A stretch of 62,590 bases of DNA, counting the filler, from Stramenopiles sp. TOSAG23-3 (Eukaryota): the NCBI GenBank assembly GCA_900128585.1. It is 37 parts of 37 records of this genome, joined end to end, with 100 filler letters (N's around TTAATTAATTAA, not from the genome) between each part and the next. Parts side by side here need not be neighbours in the genome. Positions count along the whole stretch, not along the records: positions 1 to 1,608 come from LT645626.1; positions 1,709 to 3,316 come from LT645627.1; positions 3,417 to 5,021 come from LT645628.1; positions 5,122 to 6,725 come from LT645629.1; positions 6,826 to 8,429 come from LT645630.1; positions 8,530 to 10,132 come from LT645631.1; positions 10,233 to 11,834 come from LT645632.1; 30 more parts are not named here. One strand, written 5' to 3'. Both the position numbers and the translations under genes were made by a program. Positions 1 to 11,363 of the stretch are shown here, piece after piece. The notes below the pieces were generated by a model that worked only from the letters and a program-made list of their open reading frames with translations, had not been told where the DNA came from and ran no database searches. The number at the start of each line of letters is the position of its first letter. The first letter of the stretch is position 1.

Positions 1-1
1 G

Positions 2-1608
2 GACGATTCTTCGCAGGACGGTTCGGCGACAAATGAACCTCCTTCGTCCAATGCCGGTCGAGTCAAGGCTTACAAGTGGTATAACACTAATCTAGGCGAT
101 CGTTTTCCAGACGCATTTCAATCCTTCCTCTCTCTTGATTCAAAGTTTGACTTGAGGAGCAAGTTTAACGGCACCATAATCCGGGCCCCGTTTCGGAGCG
201 AATCCAGCAACGTAAGCGAACATATTCCATTGCACAATGACGTCCAATTTTTAACAGAGGCGTTTGTGAAATTGACACCTGTTGCCTGTTTATTTACTGC
301 GCATGTAGAAGCGGTAGAAATATTACAAACGAGTGCTGAAAAACTAAAACTGTTGTGCGGAGTCAAAGTGAAAGATCCCGAGGCTGTCCGCCCCAATAGG
401 CAGAAGCTAAGCCTCAATGACGATTGGCATCAGCAAAATTTTACGAGATTTTTTACAGGGTGGAGGGTTCAAAAGATGAAGTTTGCTGTGGACATGATTG
501 TCAAAGCGGGCGGGGATACTCACAAAGATACGTACGAGGTGCAGCTTGTGCTAGGCCCGGGAAACACCCGAGACATGTCATTGTCTATGCTGACCGCCAA
601 CCCGGAGAGAACGAAAGTGCAGGACGTCATACCAATCATTGGGATTGCTGCCCACACGCACCGGAATGATATTTCCCCGCCTGGGAATGACCGAACAGTT
701 GGTCGCCTCATGAGACCAGCACCATTGCCTGTTGGCACGGGGCTACCGTGCCATATAATGGGAAACTTTAAATTGCATCCCACGGGCAAACCCCTGTCTA
801 CTGGGGCTTACAAGCAATGGAACTCTAGCTTGTTCGAAGAGATCACCGGTGACCGGTACGTGAGCCTCTTAAAAACGCTTGTTCAGAAGTATACTACGTA
901 TGCCGACCCAAGAAGTTTGTACAAGGTAGCTTGGCCGATGATGTGTCATGTTAATGAAGACATTGTCCCTTTTGTGTCTCCAACATTGCAGAAACAACTG
1001 GCCGATCGTCCGTACTTCTTCAGCAGCATATCGAATAGTTTTACTAAATTAAGCAAAGGGTGCTTTCCAGGAAAAAACATGCCCCCGTTGGTGCAAGACT
1101 GTGTTGCTAAGCAGATGGAAATTTTTGACGTCCCTCCAGAAGTAGCAGATGACCTCTCTGCAGGTGGAGTTTATATAACCCGTATGGGTCCCCCAGAATT
1201 GCGCCAATTTATACGAAAACGAAATTGGGAAAGCAGTTGTACAGAATTAATTCCTACTTGCATCTCAATGCTGGAATACTGTATCGCAGATCTAGTGGAT
1301 CCCGAGGAAGCCTACAACGACGGGGCTTTCGGAGAACAGGGCAGAGAAGGAAACCCGTTCGCAGTAATGCAAGGCTTGAGGATTTGTCCCACGGCCGCTG
1401 GCAATGTCGTTCGGTTTCTGTCCGGTGGTGAGAATACTGAGAGCAAACGACTAATTTTAGGGCCAGCAAAAGCGAGGGCACTCCTCCCAGCCTGCGACAA
1501 CATGTTTATAAATGAATTTGCATTCGAGTCGGAACCTCTCAAATGTATATTTGAGGACGATGAGAATATGCGCGCCCTGGGAATTACCCCTTTTGGTCCT
1601 CGCGTGTT
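2..1608 (+). CDS. Sacsin-like repeat region protein (internal fragment)
   Basis: Open frame across the whole contig. FPDAFQSF...FNGTIIRAPFR and PLPVGTGLPCHIMGNF...WNSSLF resemble the sacsin-repeat motifs FPDQF..F, GTLFRFPLR and PLP..TGLPVHING.F..WN..L. Confidence 0.75.
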
Positions 1609-1708
1609 NNNNNNNNNNNNNNNNNNNNNNNNNNNNNNNNNNNNNNNNNNNNTTAATTAATTAANNNNNNNNNNNNNNNNNNNNNNNNNNNNNNNNNNNN
1701 NNNNNNNN
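1609..1708. other. Artificial contig-joining spacer N44-TTAATTAATTAA-N44 (first of 36 in the window)
   Basis: Identical 100-nt block with stops in all six frames recurs about every 1.7 kb. Contig lengths decrease steadily along the window. Confidence 0.99.
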
Positions 1709-2420
1709 CAATCGAAAAAGGAAATGATGAAATATTTTATATTGGGTCCCCCCTGTCTGTTGTCTGTTGTCTGTCGTTCATCCCTCATTCATTCATCATC
1801 ATCCCTCCTTTTATTTTTCTATAAAATATTATGATGGAATCAAATGATCCTTCTTTTTTTTCTTCTGTAAGAAGTAAGAACTAAGAACGTAGTCAGTCAG
1901 TCCTATTATAATAGTAGTAGATAATAGTCGGTCTAGCTGTATTCATGTAAGTGATAATTAAGGGGATAATGGTCCTTTGTTGACTTTTGGGAATTAATTT
2001 ATTTAAATTTTATCACTTCTTCTTCTTTTATGTTTTCGTAGACGACGTCCTCGTAACTCTTAAAGGGGAATATAATATTTCCTTAGTGTATAATGTAGTA
2101 TTTTTAACAACCTCGCTACAGTATAATGATATTATGCGTATTGTCTTCTCATATTTATATTTTATCCTTTTTTTTGTTTTTTGTTTTATCCGTTGTGGCT
2201 ATATTTCTATTTAATATTATATCAAAGATATTATTCTTGGAAAATATATGTAAGTTATCTATACGTAAGTAGAAAGAGAGAGAAAAGGTATATTGACTCA
2301 TCGTCTAGTAACCCTTTCCAATTTTTTTTTAAGGCATGGTTGAAGAATTATATACCGCACACATACAGAATATCCACGTTGGTATATTGGCATTGCAGGA
2401 TACGTATAGGCAGTAAAACG

Positions 2421-3316
2421 ATGCCGGTTCCACGGAAAATGCGGAAGAGCACCATGGGGGGGCGTTCGGGGCATGTGGTGCTTTCTCGAAAGCCATCCAT
2501 GAGGGAAGTCCGGGCGTCGGCGTCGGCGTCGCTGGGGAACAAGAAGAGTGTGGCGCAGCGGGAACTGATCCAAAAGAGTCGAAAGATGGCCCTTGTGTCG
2601 CCGATCAAGCGCCAGCAAATGAGGCGCATTCAGACCAGGGAAGGGCGGGTATGCGGTACGCTCGTTCCCCCGATCATCATCAAACCGCACAAAACGGAGA
2701 AGGTGAAAAAGTACAAGGGCCATGACCGAGGGGATGCAAAGAGATTGTCCTCGAAAGACCGGGCGGCCCGGGCAAGCCAGCGCCTGTTGGTGTTGAAGGA
2801 CCTTTTAAAGTTAAAGCTGCTCTCGTCAAACCAAAATAGAAGTTTAAGTAGGCAGGATTACCATACCTTTGGCACGGCGTTTCGAAAAATGGACACGAAT
2901 GGCGATGGTGTGGTAGACTACGACGAGCTGGCGGAAGCACTCGGGCCAGATGGGATGAACATAGGCCTGAGAGAAGGGGAAATTTTCGGCCTGGCGAGAG
3001 AGTTTGACTCGGACGGAAATGGGACCATAGACATCGAAGAGTTCTTCCATACCCTTGCGGATCTGGATGCCCCAGACAACCACATTCCGGGCATTTTAGC
3101 AGAGTGCAAGAAACGCGAGCTTCAGAACTATACGCTGAAGCTGGTGGCCATTGGGGAGATGATGAAACGGGGCAAGACCGTGGCGTCGCGTGGAGAAGCG
3201 GTCGATGCGGGGGTCGACGTGGCGCCGCCGGGGGAAAACGCCAACAACGGCGACGGCCCGCCTTTGGACGGCGATGGCCCGACAACGACATTAGAACGAC
3301 CCCCCCCCCCCCCCCC
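2421..3316 (+). CDS. EF-hand pair protein with basic N-terminus (3' truncated)
   Basis: ATG 2421 sits at the AT-to-GC transition. EF loops DTNGDGVVDYDE and DSDGNGTIDIEE. Confidence 0.8.
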
Positions 3317-3418
3317 NNNNNNNNNNNNNNNNNNNNNNNNNNNNNNNNNNNNNNNNNNNNTTAATTAATTAANNNNNNNNNNNNNNNNNNNNNNNNNNNN
3401 NNNNNNNNNNNNNNNNGT

Positions 3419-5021
3419 CAGTCGGGGCAGTCTGGTATACCTCTCCGAAGTTGCGTTGCGACGGGAAATCCTGCTGACAACGAGAACTATTTCAACGAGG
3501 CGCTAGATCCGGCTGCGTTGGACAGGTTCACGATACAGCTAAAGCACCAAGGATTGATTGGGTCGGGGTCATGGAAATTGGCGATGGACGTGATTGATTT
3601 GTACGCCGCCAGCAGCGATAGCCGGTCTTTACCAGGAAAGGCCCTTGTAAACAAGACGTTTTTTGGCCTTTGTAACAGTCTCACACAAGAAACGAGTATC
3701 CCCGGATCTGTAAAACGAGGTTTGGTGTTATTTCTGGAACGTTTGGTGAACGAGTTTAGGGTCAACGAGAGCAATAGTATTCTCAGCGACCGGACCTTCT
3801 TGGTGAGTACCCTGAAGGTTTTGAAAGCCCACGCGATAATGCACGGGCGAAAGTTCTGTACCCTTAAAGATCTTCGTGTTCTGTCCCTCTTGACGACGTT
3901 TAGGTTACCAGAAGAAGTGCATGCCCAGGTGCCGCAATTAATAGAAAGCATAATTGCCGAACTAACAGATTATGAGGATAGCGATGGCGGAGACCATGTG
4001 CCTCCGAATACAGCTGGGAAAGGACCTAAACCAAACGATGAAGCTGAGCAGAAAAAAACGAGCGCCGGCCAAAACAATTCAATGAGTAGCGATAAATTCG
4101 ATTCTGGGGTTAACCCGCGCGAAAATACAGAAGCAGGTGATGAAGAGGCTTCCAGTAGTCAAGATGGTGCCGGTAGTTCGAGCAAATGTGGCCAAATATC
4201 TTCCAGGACAGATGGTGACAATACAGACTCTCGTGGCACATGCGTATATTCTGAGAATGCAATGCAGCACTCAAAGCAGGAGGAATCTTTGGAGTCTTTG
4301 AAATTTCGTGAAAATTATAACGAATTGCAAAAATATATTGATGCGGATAAAAAAATGTCCTCTAGCCAGATATGTCTCGAAACCGTTTTTCCGGGCCATT
4401 TGGAACGTACCAGTGTCGAAGGGATTCAACAAATGCTGGGGAAATTTAGCGGGTCCATACAGTCGTGTCGAAAAGCCCAAAAGATACGCCAGCCCGGAGG
4501 GATGCCTCGGAAGTTTAGAAACGCCAAACGCCTGAGCGAATTGACCGATGGAAAACCATCTGAATGCTTACAATGGTTGGATGATCCATCCCCCCATCTT
4601 CCCAGAGCATTTGATAGAATTTCACGCAACCGTATCGGCCACCTTGCACTCGTAAGAGATATCAGCGGGTCTATGGTGAGCCAACCTTCGATTTGGGCGA
4701 GTGCCGTAGCGTGGTCTGTGATAAAGATGTGTAGGCACAATAACATGGCACTAGGCTACGCAGAGTTCAATGACAAGGCTCGGTTGTTTTACAGTGGGGA
4801 TCATTTTTTCACAAAGAAATACTCTGAGATAGAATCGTGGGCAGCGGGCACAAATGCCGAGGGTACAACAAATTATGAAGACCCCCTGAAACGTGTGCTT
4901 CATGAGTTTGAATCGGGTAGAAAAGTCTATAATTTAATGTCCCCATCGTCGCCCCGTTCGAAAGAGAATCGACACATAATATTACTCACAGATGGGCAAC
5001 CAACAGAGGGCGACCCGCTGG
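3419..5021 (+). CDS. MoxR/RavA-like AAA+ C-terminal part, acidic linker and vWA domain (both ends truncated)
   Basis: Frame is open from 3419. IPLRSCVATGNP...LDPAALDRF (sensor 1/Arg finger), lid SDRTF..LKVLKAHA..HGR, then MIDAS DISGS, GTTNY and IILLTDGQP. Confidence 0.8.
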
Positions 5022-5121
5022 NNNNNNNNNNNNNNNNNNNNNNNNNNNNNNNNNNNNNNNNNNNNTTAATTAATTAANNNNNNNNNNNNNNNNNNNNNNN
5101 NNNNNNNNNNNNNNNNNNNNN

Positions 5122-6723
5122 AGAGGCCATCGCTTTCACGAACACGCTGTCGCGCCCCAGGGTCATGGGGTGGTTTCGGGTCGCAACGCGCGACTTTGGC
5201 AGTCGGTCTAAGTGCTCGCTCACTTTTTTTATCACCACCGGAGTAATGGGGTTTATGCGCAGCATATTTGCTAGAATCTCCTCCGCGACACTTGCATTTA
5301 GCTCCTCGCGCATGGTTTTGATGACCAGCTCAATCAACGGCTTTGCTTCTTGCTGGTCAAACGGGCGCGTACAGCACTTTAGTCGAATCCTTGAGGCATG
5401 GTACTTAACGCGCAGGAAGAACGGGACACCTCGGTTTTCAACGATGACTCTGTTGGCGCCACTCCCCCCGCTGCTGATAGAGGACGTTGCATCCGCATCC
5501 GATAGGGACCCATCGACGCTTTCGTCAGCAATACTGTTATTGTTCACAGTTTGAGACGCCTGGTAGGAGTTAAAAAAGAACGTATTCTCCAGGGTTCCCA
5601 TCGGGCTGAACCACTTCGACAAGACCTTCGATCGAAACAGCGTTTCGGTATCCAGCTTCTGATCAGGGCCCATGTCCACAATTTCCATTCCTATTTCATA
5701 CGGAGCATCAATGCACGCTCTGAGCGCCCGCTCGCAAATTTCGGGGGTAACCACACGCTTGTACTTGTTCAACCCATTTGCTTTGTTCATCAGAGTGCGG
5801 TAAACGCTCTCGGCCACGTTTTGCTCGTACGGCGATACGATCAAGAAGCCGCCTTCGGACATGTAGCTCGCCAGATGGTCACGAATGGTCATTCGCGTGG
5901 ACGGCTTCGCGGCATGAAAGGCAATGTGGACCACCACGCCATTGGGCGGGTCTTTCCACTTGCACTTCGTCAAGCAGAACGCAACAGCGTTGGACTTGCT
6001 GCCCCTTTTCTGGTCGTTGCCAGAGTCGCTGCTTTCTGAGTCGGAGCGTTTCTTTTTCTTGCCTTTGTTCGATGTTGTCGGAGACGCGCCCCTGCTGCTA
6101 CCGCCGTCCTTACCCCCAAGATTCAGCTTCCTTACCCCAAAGTTGATTACAGTGTGGTCGTTGCCGTTGTCGTCGTCCTCGTCCCCATCGCTGTTCTCAT
6201 CGTCCTCGTCGTCCTCTTCTTCCAGAATCTTCATGTGCACATCTCGGCCCAAGCGCTGCGTGCTCCAGCGCGCCAGTATATTTGCTAAATTTTTCGCTTG
6301 CCGTTTTGGGAACACTGTCGTGCCGACCACAAACGCGAGGACTTGCTCCACACAAAACCATCGCCCCCACATTGCCAACGGCAGCTTGCCAAGGATCCCA
6401 AAGAATGCGGACCCGGAGTTGTTACGAGAGCGCTGGCTCAAAGAATCATTTTTCGACGACCTGGCAGCCCTGTGCGCAGAGCGAGCCCCTGGCTCCCGCA
6501 TCATGGAACTGCCGGAAGATTGCCGAAGGGACGACGACGATGATTTTTCATTCAAATCGTTCACGTCTTTCATGGACGGTGGCGAACTCAGGTGCACCAA
6601 CACTTTGTCCACTTCGTGCAGCGTGGACAGGAAACGGTGCAGCCGGGATGGTTTACGGCGGGACGACGGGTCTGCTTTTGACTCGGCCCTACTGAAGTTT
6701 CTCAGAAATTCAACACCAGCTAC
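5122..6723 (-). CDS. Hypothetical large protein (internal fragment)
   Basis: More than 530 open codons spanning the contig, with Ser/Asp-rich inserts. No family recognised. Confidence 0.7.
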
Positions 6724-6861
6724 CANNNNNNNNNNNNNNNNNNNNNNNNNNNNNNNNNNNNNNNNNNNNTTAATTAATTAANNNNNNNNNNNNNNNNNNN
6801 NNNNNNNNNNNNNNNNNNNNNNNNNTTTTTACCCCCCCCCCCCCCCCTCCCCTCTCGCAGC

Positions 6862-7836
6862 TTACCGCTGCAAAAGCTCAAACACGTACCTACATTCCAT
6901 CTCCCCATCTTCCTGCAAATCGGTCACATGCACCCCATTGGCAGCGTTCGTCGTCCCAAACTGGGCGCGGAGGGTCGAGGGCCGAATGTGCTGTGCTAGT
7001 TCTACGTCGTGCGGTCCGGCTAAGTTTCTTAATTTCTCGCATACACCCGCTGCCCGCACTTCCATCGCTATGGACGGGGCAATGGTCATCTCATCAATAA
7101 TTTCCGAGTAGTACGGGAGCACGCCCTTGTACACCTCAAAGAGCTCTTGGGCCTCCGCGCGGTTAAAGTGCATCATTTGCATTGCACTAACTTCGAACCC
7201 TCCCTGAAGGATGGTGTTGATAATGTCCCCGGCTTTGCCGTTCCTAATGGCAGAGGGGCGGACGACGCACAAGGAGCAGTTGTCAAAGGTTGCCGTCGTC
7301 GGGTAGCGCTGGCGGTCCGTAAAGTAGGCTGGGTTTTGTGCTATGTCGAAGTGGACGCCCGAGTCGAACTGGCCGGCGGAGGCACGGGCCCAGTTCTCTT
7401 CCACGTTGTTGCCCACCATCTCCACCGCGACCCGTGGGCCCCCTTCGTCGACCATTCGCAATCTAGAAACAGTAAGACCGGCGCTGTACGCGCACATAAG
7501 AAGCTGGCCCACGCTGTTGTACGCCTGCGGCCTCGTCACCACCACGATCGTCCCACGCTTTGCGGTCAGCGCGGCTTTGGTCGCCTGGTCCAAATAATTC
7601 TTCACTTTCAGCTGGCGTGCATGGACAGTGACCGTGTTCCCAATGATAAGGTCTTCCAAGTTGACGGACGGATACGGGGCGCGCTTTAAAAAGTTTCTAC
7701 GGCCTTTGGGGTCAAACATAGATATCTCATTGGCCAGATTGCCTTCCCGGACAAAGTACGTAAGGGTGTACTCCCGGTTCAAGTCCGCCTGCCTGTCGTA
7801 CCACTCCACGACGAAGCTGTATTTTTCTGCTTCCAT
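6862..7836 (-). CDS. NME7: Nucleoside diphosphate kinase 7 (DM10 plus two NDK-like domains; ciliary)
   Basis: Starts MEAEKYSFVVEWYD (DM10). Second NDK domain has GPHDVELAQHIRPSTLRAQFG...NGVHVTD. Complete, 324 aa. Confidence 0.93.
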   Translation of the reverse strand: MEAEKYSFVVEWYDRQADLNREYTLTYFVREGNLANEISMFDPKGRRNFLKRAPYPSVNLEDLIIGNTVTVHARQLKVKNYLDQATKAALTAKRGTIVVVTRPQAYNSVGQLLMCAYSAGLTVSRLRMVDEGGPRVAVEMVGNNVEENWARASAGQFDSGVHFDIAQNPAYFTDRQRYPTTATFDNCSLCVVRPSAIRNGKAGDIINTILQGGFEVSAMQMMHFNRAEAQELFEVYKGVLPYYSEIIDEMTIAPSIAMEVRAAGVCEKLRNLAGPHDVELAQHIRPSTLRAQFGTTNAANGVHVTDLQEDGEMECRYVFELLQR

Positions 7837-8529
7837 GTTGTGTGTTAATTTCGTAAGTCGTCGTAGGTTACAAAATCTAAACCCCTCGTTAATAAGCTCA
7901 ATGAAAAGAACAAAAATAAAACAGAATGCACCGAAACAACACTTCGTTAACAAAATTGTTTAAATGCATACTTTTCACAAACTATAAATTTGAAGAATTA
8001 ATTCTATTCCGCCACATTCCTTCTTCTTTTCTTTCTTTCTTTCTTTCTTTCTTTCTGTCGTTTTCTTTCTTCTTTCGTTCTTCTTCTCCGCCCAGCAGTA
8101 TTAAATAATAATGGTATGTGTATGTAAAGTTAATATTCTTTTTTCTTCTTCTATTTAACGTTTAAAAAAATTAATATAAAAATAAGGAAGGGAAAGATAA
8201 TTAAGATAGATTTAAAATGAAGGATTGACCGTTAGGTTAAATTAAGGATATAGAATAAATACATATATAATAATAGATATTATAATTATATATACAGTTG
8301 TAATATAATCACAATGTAATATAAAATACTTAATTATTAAATTGAAAGTGGGATACGTTACGTTGAAACGCATCACATCGAAAAAAAGAAATAAAAGAAA
8401 AAAAGAAAAGAAAGAAAAGAAAAAGAAAANNNNNNNNNNNNNNNNNNNNNNNNNNNNNNNNNNNNNNNNNNNNTTAATTAATTAANNNNNNNNNNNNNNN
8501 NNNNNNNNNNNNNNNNNNNNNNNNNNNNN

Positions 8530-9246
8530 TCAACTCCTTCGGCATCGCAAGCGGAAAGCCAAACCCAAAATAACATGAACTACAGCCCACAGAGCTCGCA
8601 CATCGGCTTGGAAGAATACGACGAATTATCAAGTATGGACTTCGACGAGACCCCAGCGCAGATTGCTGTAGAGATGGACATTTGTAGATATTTTAATCAG
8701 TTCTTACCTAAAGACTGCTCGTGCGATAATCCACGTTTCCGGGAAAAAGTCGACGAAGTGTTCTCTCAAGCGCCTTTTTTGGCCGTTTCACAGGTCACGA
8801 ACTCAACACCCGAGGAACAACAAGCGATCGCAACGAGCCCGCACCTAGTGAAGGCAAAACTAAGAAAACTCAACGACGAATTGAAACTGGCAAATGACAA
8901 GTTGACCGAAAACCAGGAACGCGCAATTGAGGACTACGAAAAAACTGGAGGCAGGAACCAATATTCGTGCATCCATATTTACGGATTCGCAGGCACTGGC
9001 AAGACCTACGTGGCACTGGATTTCATACAAAAAGAACTGCAACAAAGTGAGACGTCTGTTGTCTTGATTGCATGTACAAGGAAGGGCTTTGCCAAATTCT
9101 TCGCACGATGGATAGTAATACGATTGTTGTATTCCGAAAGTAACAACGGTAACATGACTCCCGAATCAATTTTGAACCGTGTTCATTTTTGTACTGTGGA
9201 CAATGGGGGGGAAACCATGAGAGCAGTATTGAAATGGGGTTGTTGA
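8530..9246 (+). CDS. SF1 (UvrD/Schlafen-like) helicase, N-terminal part with Walker A; frameshifted
   Basis: IHIYGFAGTGKT P-loop. Frame is open from the contig start and ends at TGA 9244-9246, overlapping the Walker B in the +1 frame. Confidence 0.7.
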   Translation, partial: STPSASQAESQTQNNMNYSPQSSHIGLEEYDELSSMDFDETPAQIAVEMDICRYFNQFLPKDCSCDNPRFREKVDEVFSQAPFLAVSQVTNSTPEEQQAIATSPHLVKAKLRKLNDELKLANDKLTENQERAIEDYEKTGGRNQYSCIHIYGFAGTGKTYVALDFIQKELQQSETSVVLIACTRKGFAKFFARWIVIRLLYSESNNGNMTPESILNRVHFCTVDNGGETMRAVLKWGC

Positions 9247-10132
9247 CGAAGCGCACCATGTCGTTCGAGACGTAAAAATATGGAGGAACATTTACAACAG
9301 CTATTTCTTTAATGCAGGGATGCGGATTGTTTTATCTGATCCTTCCCAAGACCCTTCATGCGACAACACCATAAATCGCAGATTGGAAGACTTGTGCGAA
9401 GAAGAGAATCAGAACGACCACACTCTACAGAAAACTGTGTATCGAATGCCGTTGGACGATGTCGTCAGGTCCACTGAGCGGATCACGCTGGCATCTCATC
9501 TCTTTCGTTTTGCTTCAGGGAACATGCCAACATGCAACAAGGAATTTGGCGAACCTGTCAAAATATTTGCCCTGGATGACGGAAAGAGTGTACATGACTA
9601 TGTTGAAAACACTACGAAATCGTTGATGTGGATCAAAGACAAACTGTATGAATGTGATGAGTGGTTGGATTTGAACGATCGTGTCACAATTATTATACAC
9701 AACAATATACCTCTGGAAGAATTCAAGAGACTACTCTACAAAAAGTTAAAGGAGAAACCGTACCGACGCCATTCTCTCAAACTTATCGATGCAGAGGAAG
9801 AATTTGGCATTATCCCTAGCATAGAGCATACAGACATGCGAATAGTTGTTGACACCATCTCGAACCAAGACGGCTTGGAGTACGATGCGGTCGTCGTGGT
9901 AGGATTTGGCGTGGAGATCGACCAAGAGCAGGGAGCTCTGAAAAGGGACAAATCTAGGATTTACCGCGCCATAACGCGCGCGAAACGTTTGGTAGCAGTC
10001 GTCAACGAGCCAGTAAAGAATGGTTATTTTCACAGTACAATGACAGACACGAGATTTGAGGACGACGAGCGCTTGAAGGACGACGAGGCGGGCAAAATAA
10101 ACGTCTTGGAAGCGAAGAGGAAGGAGCCGGAA
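9233..10132 (+). CDS. SF1 helicase, C-terminal part (Walker B to motif VI), 3' truncated
   Basis: In the frame of ORF 9320 but beginning upstream of its Met: VVDEAHH, LSDPSQ, VVRS, DGLEYDAVVVVG and IYRAITRAK. Confidence 0.75.
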
Positions 10133-10234
10133 NNNNNNNNNNNNNNNNNNNNNNNNNNNNNNNNNNNNNNNNNNNNTTAATTAATTAANNNNNNNNNNNN
10201 NNNNNNNNNNNNNNNNNNNNNNNNNNNNNNNNTT

Positions 10235-10885
10235 GCGTGTGACTGCGAGATGGTAGGGGTTGGGATGGCGCGGGTCAGCGCTTTGGCCCGGGCCAGTCTG
10301 GTAGACTGGAACGGCCAAGTGCTGTACGACAAGTTTGTCCGTCCAAAGGAGAAAATCACGGACTACCGGACTAGGGTAAGCGGGGTGAGACGGCGGGACA
10401 TGACCACGGCCCTGTCCTTTGACCGGGCCCAAACAGAGGTAGCTGCGATTCTAAAGGGCAAAATTTTGGTTGGGCACGCCCTGAAAAACGACACGGCAGC
10501 CCTGAAGATTCACGATCATCCGGAAGCAGACATTCGAGACACGGCCTTGTACCGGCCGTTGCTGAAGCAGCATGCCAACGGAAGCTGGCGGCCAAAGAGC
10601 TTGAGGGCACTTGCGGCAGAGCTCGGGGAAATCATACAAACAGGGGAGCACTCGTCCGTAGAGGACGCCCGTGCATCCATGATGGTGTTCCGCAAATACA
10701 GGGATGCCTGGGAGCGGTCGTTGCTGAACGGAACGAATCAAAAGAAACGTAAATTAAACCCCCCGCGCCATGCTGGGCCAGTCGGGGATATCTTTTCATC
10801 CAAAGCCAAGCGCGCAAAGAGCGCCACGAAGAAAATCAGCAGGAAACAGAGGCGGCACAGAGAACGTGCGCAGCACGCGGTGTAG
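10235..10885 (+). CDS. REXO4: RNA exonuclease 4 (DEDDh), 5' truncated
   Basis: DCEMVGVG, LARASLV, ITDYRTRVSG, ILVGHALKND and IQTGEHSSVEDARA motifs. Confidence 0.9.
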   Translation, partial: ACDCEMVGVGMARVSALARASLVDWNGQVLYDKFVRPKEKITDYRTRVSGVRRRDMTTALSFDRAQTEVAAILKGKILVGHALKNDTAALKIHDHPEADIRDTALYRPLLKQHANGSWRPKSLRALAAELGEIIQTGEHSSVEDARASMMVFRKYRDAWERSLLNGTNQKKRKLNPPRHAGPVGDIFSSKAKRAKSATKKISRKQRRHRERAQHAV

Positions 10886-10985
10886 AAGGGAAGAGCGGGA
10901 AATGCGAGATATATTTTATGATAAGTAATGCTTGTGTGTACATGCATTGTGTTTTTGAACAATTACTCCTATGATATAGTAATTT

Positions 10986-11144
10986 TTAAACACAAGAAAA
11001 TTATTGGCTGTTATCATATTTAAAAACAAGTAAATTGGCTGTTAGTTATCATATTTAAAATAACAAGAAAATTGGCTGTTGTTTAAGTAATTAAAATTAA
11101 TGTACTGCGAACTGAAATCTAGATTTAGACATCATTCTAGGTTT
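10986..11144 (+). repeat. Dispersed AT-rich repeat, copy A (two extra head units plus one full unit)
   Basis: acaagaaaattggctgtt..ttaagtaattaaaattaatgtactgcgaactgaaatcta..tttagaca, shared with 22156-22484, 43844-43910 and 58161-58194. Confidence 0.85.
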
Positions 11145-11363
11145 GCATATATGTTACTACTATATGATTTTGTTTTTTTCAATAATGTGTGATAATTTAT
11201 CTTTATAATATAGTTTTTTTTCTATCATATAAAGAATCTTATCATATGATATATTTCGTCTTGTCTTCAAATATATGATATGATATCATAGATGATTTTA
11301 TGATGTATTCAAATCGCGTGTTCCAAATCCACAATCTTACATAAAGAACTTATTGAAACTGAA

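Noticed and set aside
1653-1664. TTAATTAATTAA recurring about every 1.7 kb as a biological repeat or array
   Set aside because: It is always centred in N44 padding, so it is a six-frame-stop linker added during concatenation.
2181-2420. Hydrophobic N-terminal extensions on the ORF-track calls for the EF-hand gene (also NME7 7837-7953 and IQ protein 19094-19207)
   Set aside because: They come from non-ATG starts in upstream DNA; the first ATG is the more plausible start.
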